NCBI GenBank assembly: GCA_017654855.1
Contig: CM030333.1
Location: forward strand, 4,216,001-4,280,000
Origin: Podospora anserina
Lineage: Eukaryota
Length of the DNA stretch: 64,000 bases
Reading direction: 5' to 3'
The position numbers and the translations under genes were made by a program. Below the pieces are notes generated by a model that made no database searches, was not told where the DNA came from, and saw only the letters and a program-made list of their open reading frames with translations. Within the stretch, counting starts at the first letter, position 1; every line of letters begins with the position of its first letter. Shown one piece after another: positions 62,001-64,000 of the stretch.

Positions 62001-62683
62001 GGAGATTATGACTGGGCGGGTGGGATTGGCGGGGCGGAAGGTGAGGGCTTTGGCGTGGGATGATGATGATGGGAAAGGGGAGTCGGTGGTGAGTGAGTAT
62101 ATGGAGGGGTTGGCGAAGGATACGGTGACGCTGCACAAGAACTTGACGAGGCATTTGCCCGAGGGGACGGTGAGGTATATTATGATGCCGGTTTTTAGGA
62201 ATTACAAGGAGACGCTTGGGGGGGCGTATAGGGAGGTGGAGGTTGGGGTTGGGGGGAGGGAGAGGTATGTCTTTTGTCGAGTCCTGATTGCTGGGGAATG
62301 GTTGCTAATGATGGGACAGGATGCTCCGCGACGTGGAATTTTTTCAGTCACGACTGGGAAGGATTGATGGGTTTGGGGACGCGGGGGAGTTTCTTCTTGG
62401 TGTTATTAACTCCAAGACGGTTGTTGGTAATGCTTCGGGGTCGTCGTTGGCGGTGGTGGATAAAATACCGTCAAGGGCGGGGTCGAGGGCGGCGTCGCCT
62501 GCTCCTCCTCCTCCTCCGCCGCAGTTGGGGCACTCGTTGAGTGTGAATATTTCTACCAGTCCGGGGATTGAGGTGGAGGAGGGGAAGAAGTCTAGTGAGA
62601 GTAAGGAGGGGTCGTCGGAGGGGGGGAAGAGTAGTGCTGAGGAAAAGAAATCGCCACCGCTGCCGGCTGAGGAAAAGGAGTAG
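59069..62683 (+). CDS. VPS54: GARP complex subunit Vps54
   Basis: LSTVPAVYFEEDFHLENPRTFDVV; LQEKLSWYMDTIEWHLIQSIS; FNSRCKQLILGAGATRSAGLRNITTKHLALASQAL. Introns 59158-59219 and 62265-62319. Confidence 0.93.
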
Positions 62684-63142
62684 GACTTGGGGACGAGGCA
62701 GGCGAGAAAGATGGGGTATTTGAGTGGGGTTGTTGGGCAGAGGGGGAGGGACGTGAATGTGCTTAGATGAGGGGGTTTGTTTGTGTCTGAACTACTGTTT
62801 TTTATTATATACCTATGGTTGGTTTTCTAGATGTGCTGTATCGGGGGTGGAGGAGGGTGCTTGCATGATGAGCTGGTAGCTATTATGGTTATAGGGGTAG
62901 TTGGTTTATAGGAAAAAGGGGATTTGAGCGATGTTGCATATTGTGAAACTTATGGGGAATTGGGGCACACCTGGTTGGCATGTCATAATCAGATGAGATG
63001 CTAGATACTGGTCGAAAACCTACTGTACCTTTTCTTCGACTCTTTTTGCGGACTTTGGCAGGTTTTCTTGGATAATGAGGTAGCATGTCAATATGACCTG
63101 TTTACACCTTTCCATTGTTCCAAATAAGTTTAAGCGTAAAAA

Positions 63143-63582
63143 AAGAGAAATTCTAGGGGGGCATTACCCCCCATGGGGTTAGGGTTACATATGGTCCCTG
63201 ACCTGCCTTGTATATTATTAACCACATTATCAACCACATCAACGCTCACACCCTTGCAATTAAAGGCTCGACAAAAGCCTGGTAACTGAAGCCCTCGTGG
63301 AAGGCCTGACAATTGAAGGCCTAGTAATTGAAGCCCTGGATGAGGTGGTGTGAAGTTGAAGGCTTGCATTGGTGCGTGGGCATCGAGCATTAACACCACG
63401 GCAGTATATTTACTACAATACTTCCAAATATAAGAATACACTGTGATTTTTAGGGCACAAAATGCACTGCGATGCTGGTGATAATGGAAATGAACGGGTG
63501 TGATGGGAAAGGTATGTTGTGGTATGGGGGGTAATGCCCCCCCTTAGTAAAAGGGTAATAATGCCCCCGTAGAATTTTTCTT
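63143..63582. mobile_element. Non-autonomous TIR-bounded element or DNA-transposon relic (~440 bp)
   Basis: Left end aagagaaattctaggggggcattaccccccat; right end has inverted copies atggggggtaatgccccccc (63524-63543) and taatgcccccgtagaatttttctt (63559-63582). Internal (A/T)TGAAG(G/C)C-type repeats; AT-rich; no credible ORF. Confidence 0.6.
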
Positions 63583-63711
63583 AAAAAAAAAAGAAAAAGA
63601 AAAGGTATGTAAAGTATAATAATCCCCAAACCAGATTCCCAGAACCGAATAATGAACCGATATATCCAAAAATGCCATAACAGTCATAAACTTCACCACC
63701 GCCCTCCCTAC

Positions 63712-64000
63712 CTATAGTATGAGGAACGCACTCCCCCCAATAACCCCAAAAACCATCGCCGCCGTCACAAACCCGGCCGCGACCCTCTCCCCCGTGGTGA
63801 TGGGCTTGTACTCCTTCCCCGTCATCCAACTCCCCGGCCCATCCGCACCCCCATTCACATCCCCCTTGCTCGTCCCGCCCGTGTCCCCCGTAACAGGCAC
63901 ATCAACCCTATCCACCAACGTCGACGCCACCGCGCTCAAGGCATTCATCTGCTCCCCCACCCCGTTCATCCCGTCATACCCCCCCTTTGTCCAGCTGAAC
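63712..64000 (-). CDS. 3' end of a GH76 mannan endo-1,6-alpha-mannosidase/transglycosylase (DFG5/DCW1 family); partial
   Basis: GVGEQMNALSAV..PVTGDTGGTSKGDVNGG..ITTGERVAAGFVT followed by a hydrophobic GPI-signal-like C-terminus; runs off the window edge. Confidence 0.85.
   Translation of the reverse strand, partial: FSWTKGGYDGMNGVGEQMNALSAVASTLVDRVDVPVTGDTGGTSKGDVNGGADGPGSWMTGKEYKPITTGERVAAGFVTAAMVFGVIGGSAFLIL

Noticed and set aside
41514-62770. Readthrough after other UAG stops (XRN1, hydrolase-like, HID1, SPC3, VPS54)
   Set aside because: The next in-frame stop comes within about 1-30 codons, which is what chance would give.
63176-63187. Interstitial telomere repeat
   Set aside because: Only about two TTAGGG-like units; not distinguishable from chance.

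Overview
Gene-dense eukaryotic DNA from a filamentous ascomycete. Short GT..CTAAC/CTGAC..AG introns, abundant microsatellites and the gene content point to Sordariomycetes, probably Podospora-like Sordariales (inference). It holds about 17 conventional protein genes, most intron-containing: CTK1 kinase, a PMP3-family protein, NRP1-like RNA-binding protein, GID7/WDR26, HAT2/RbAp48, XRN1, HID1, SPC3, POM34, MCM5, VPS54, a partial GH76 gene, degenerate epoxide-hydrolase-like and acyl-CoA-synthetase-like genes, and several hypotheticals. A small TIR-bounded relic lies near the right end. No tRNA, rRNA or CRISPR is visible. Most interesting: (1) a convergent pair of tiny Cys/His microprotein genes at 42.3 and 44.0 kb with identical C-x2-C-x10-C-x6-G-C-x4-C-x-H spacing and shared leader motifs, plus a third Cys microgene at 16.2 kb with the same GTATTTAA/CAT-rich leader; (2) long in-frame coding-like extensions behind the UAG stops of HAT2 (99 codons, NLS-like and SUMO-like motifs) and GID7 (61 codons), candidates for A-to-I stop-loss editing or readthrough; (3) a probable GUG start and a one-base frameshift in GID7; (4) three apparent pseudoenzymes. 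All gene identities come from recognising motifs by eye, not from database searches.
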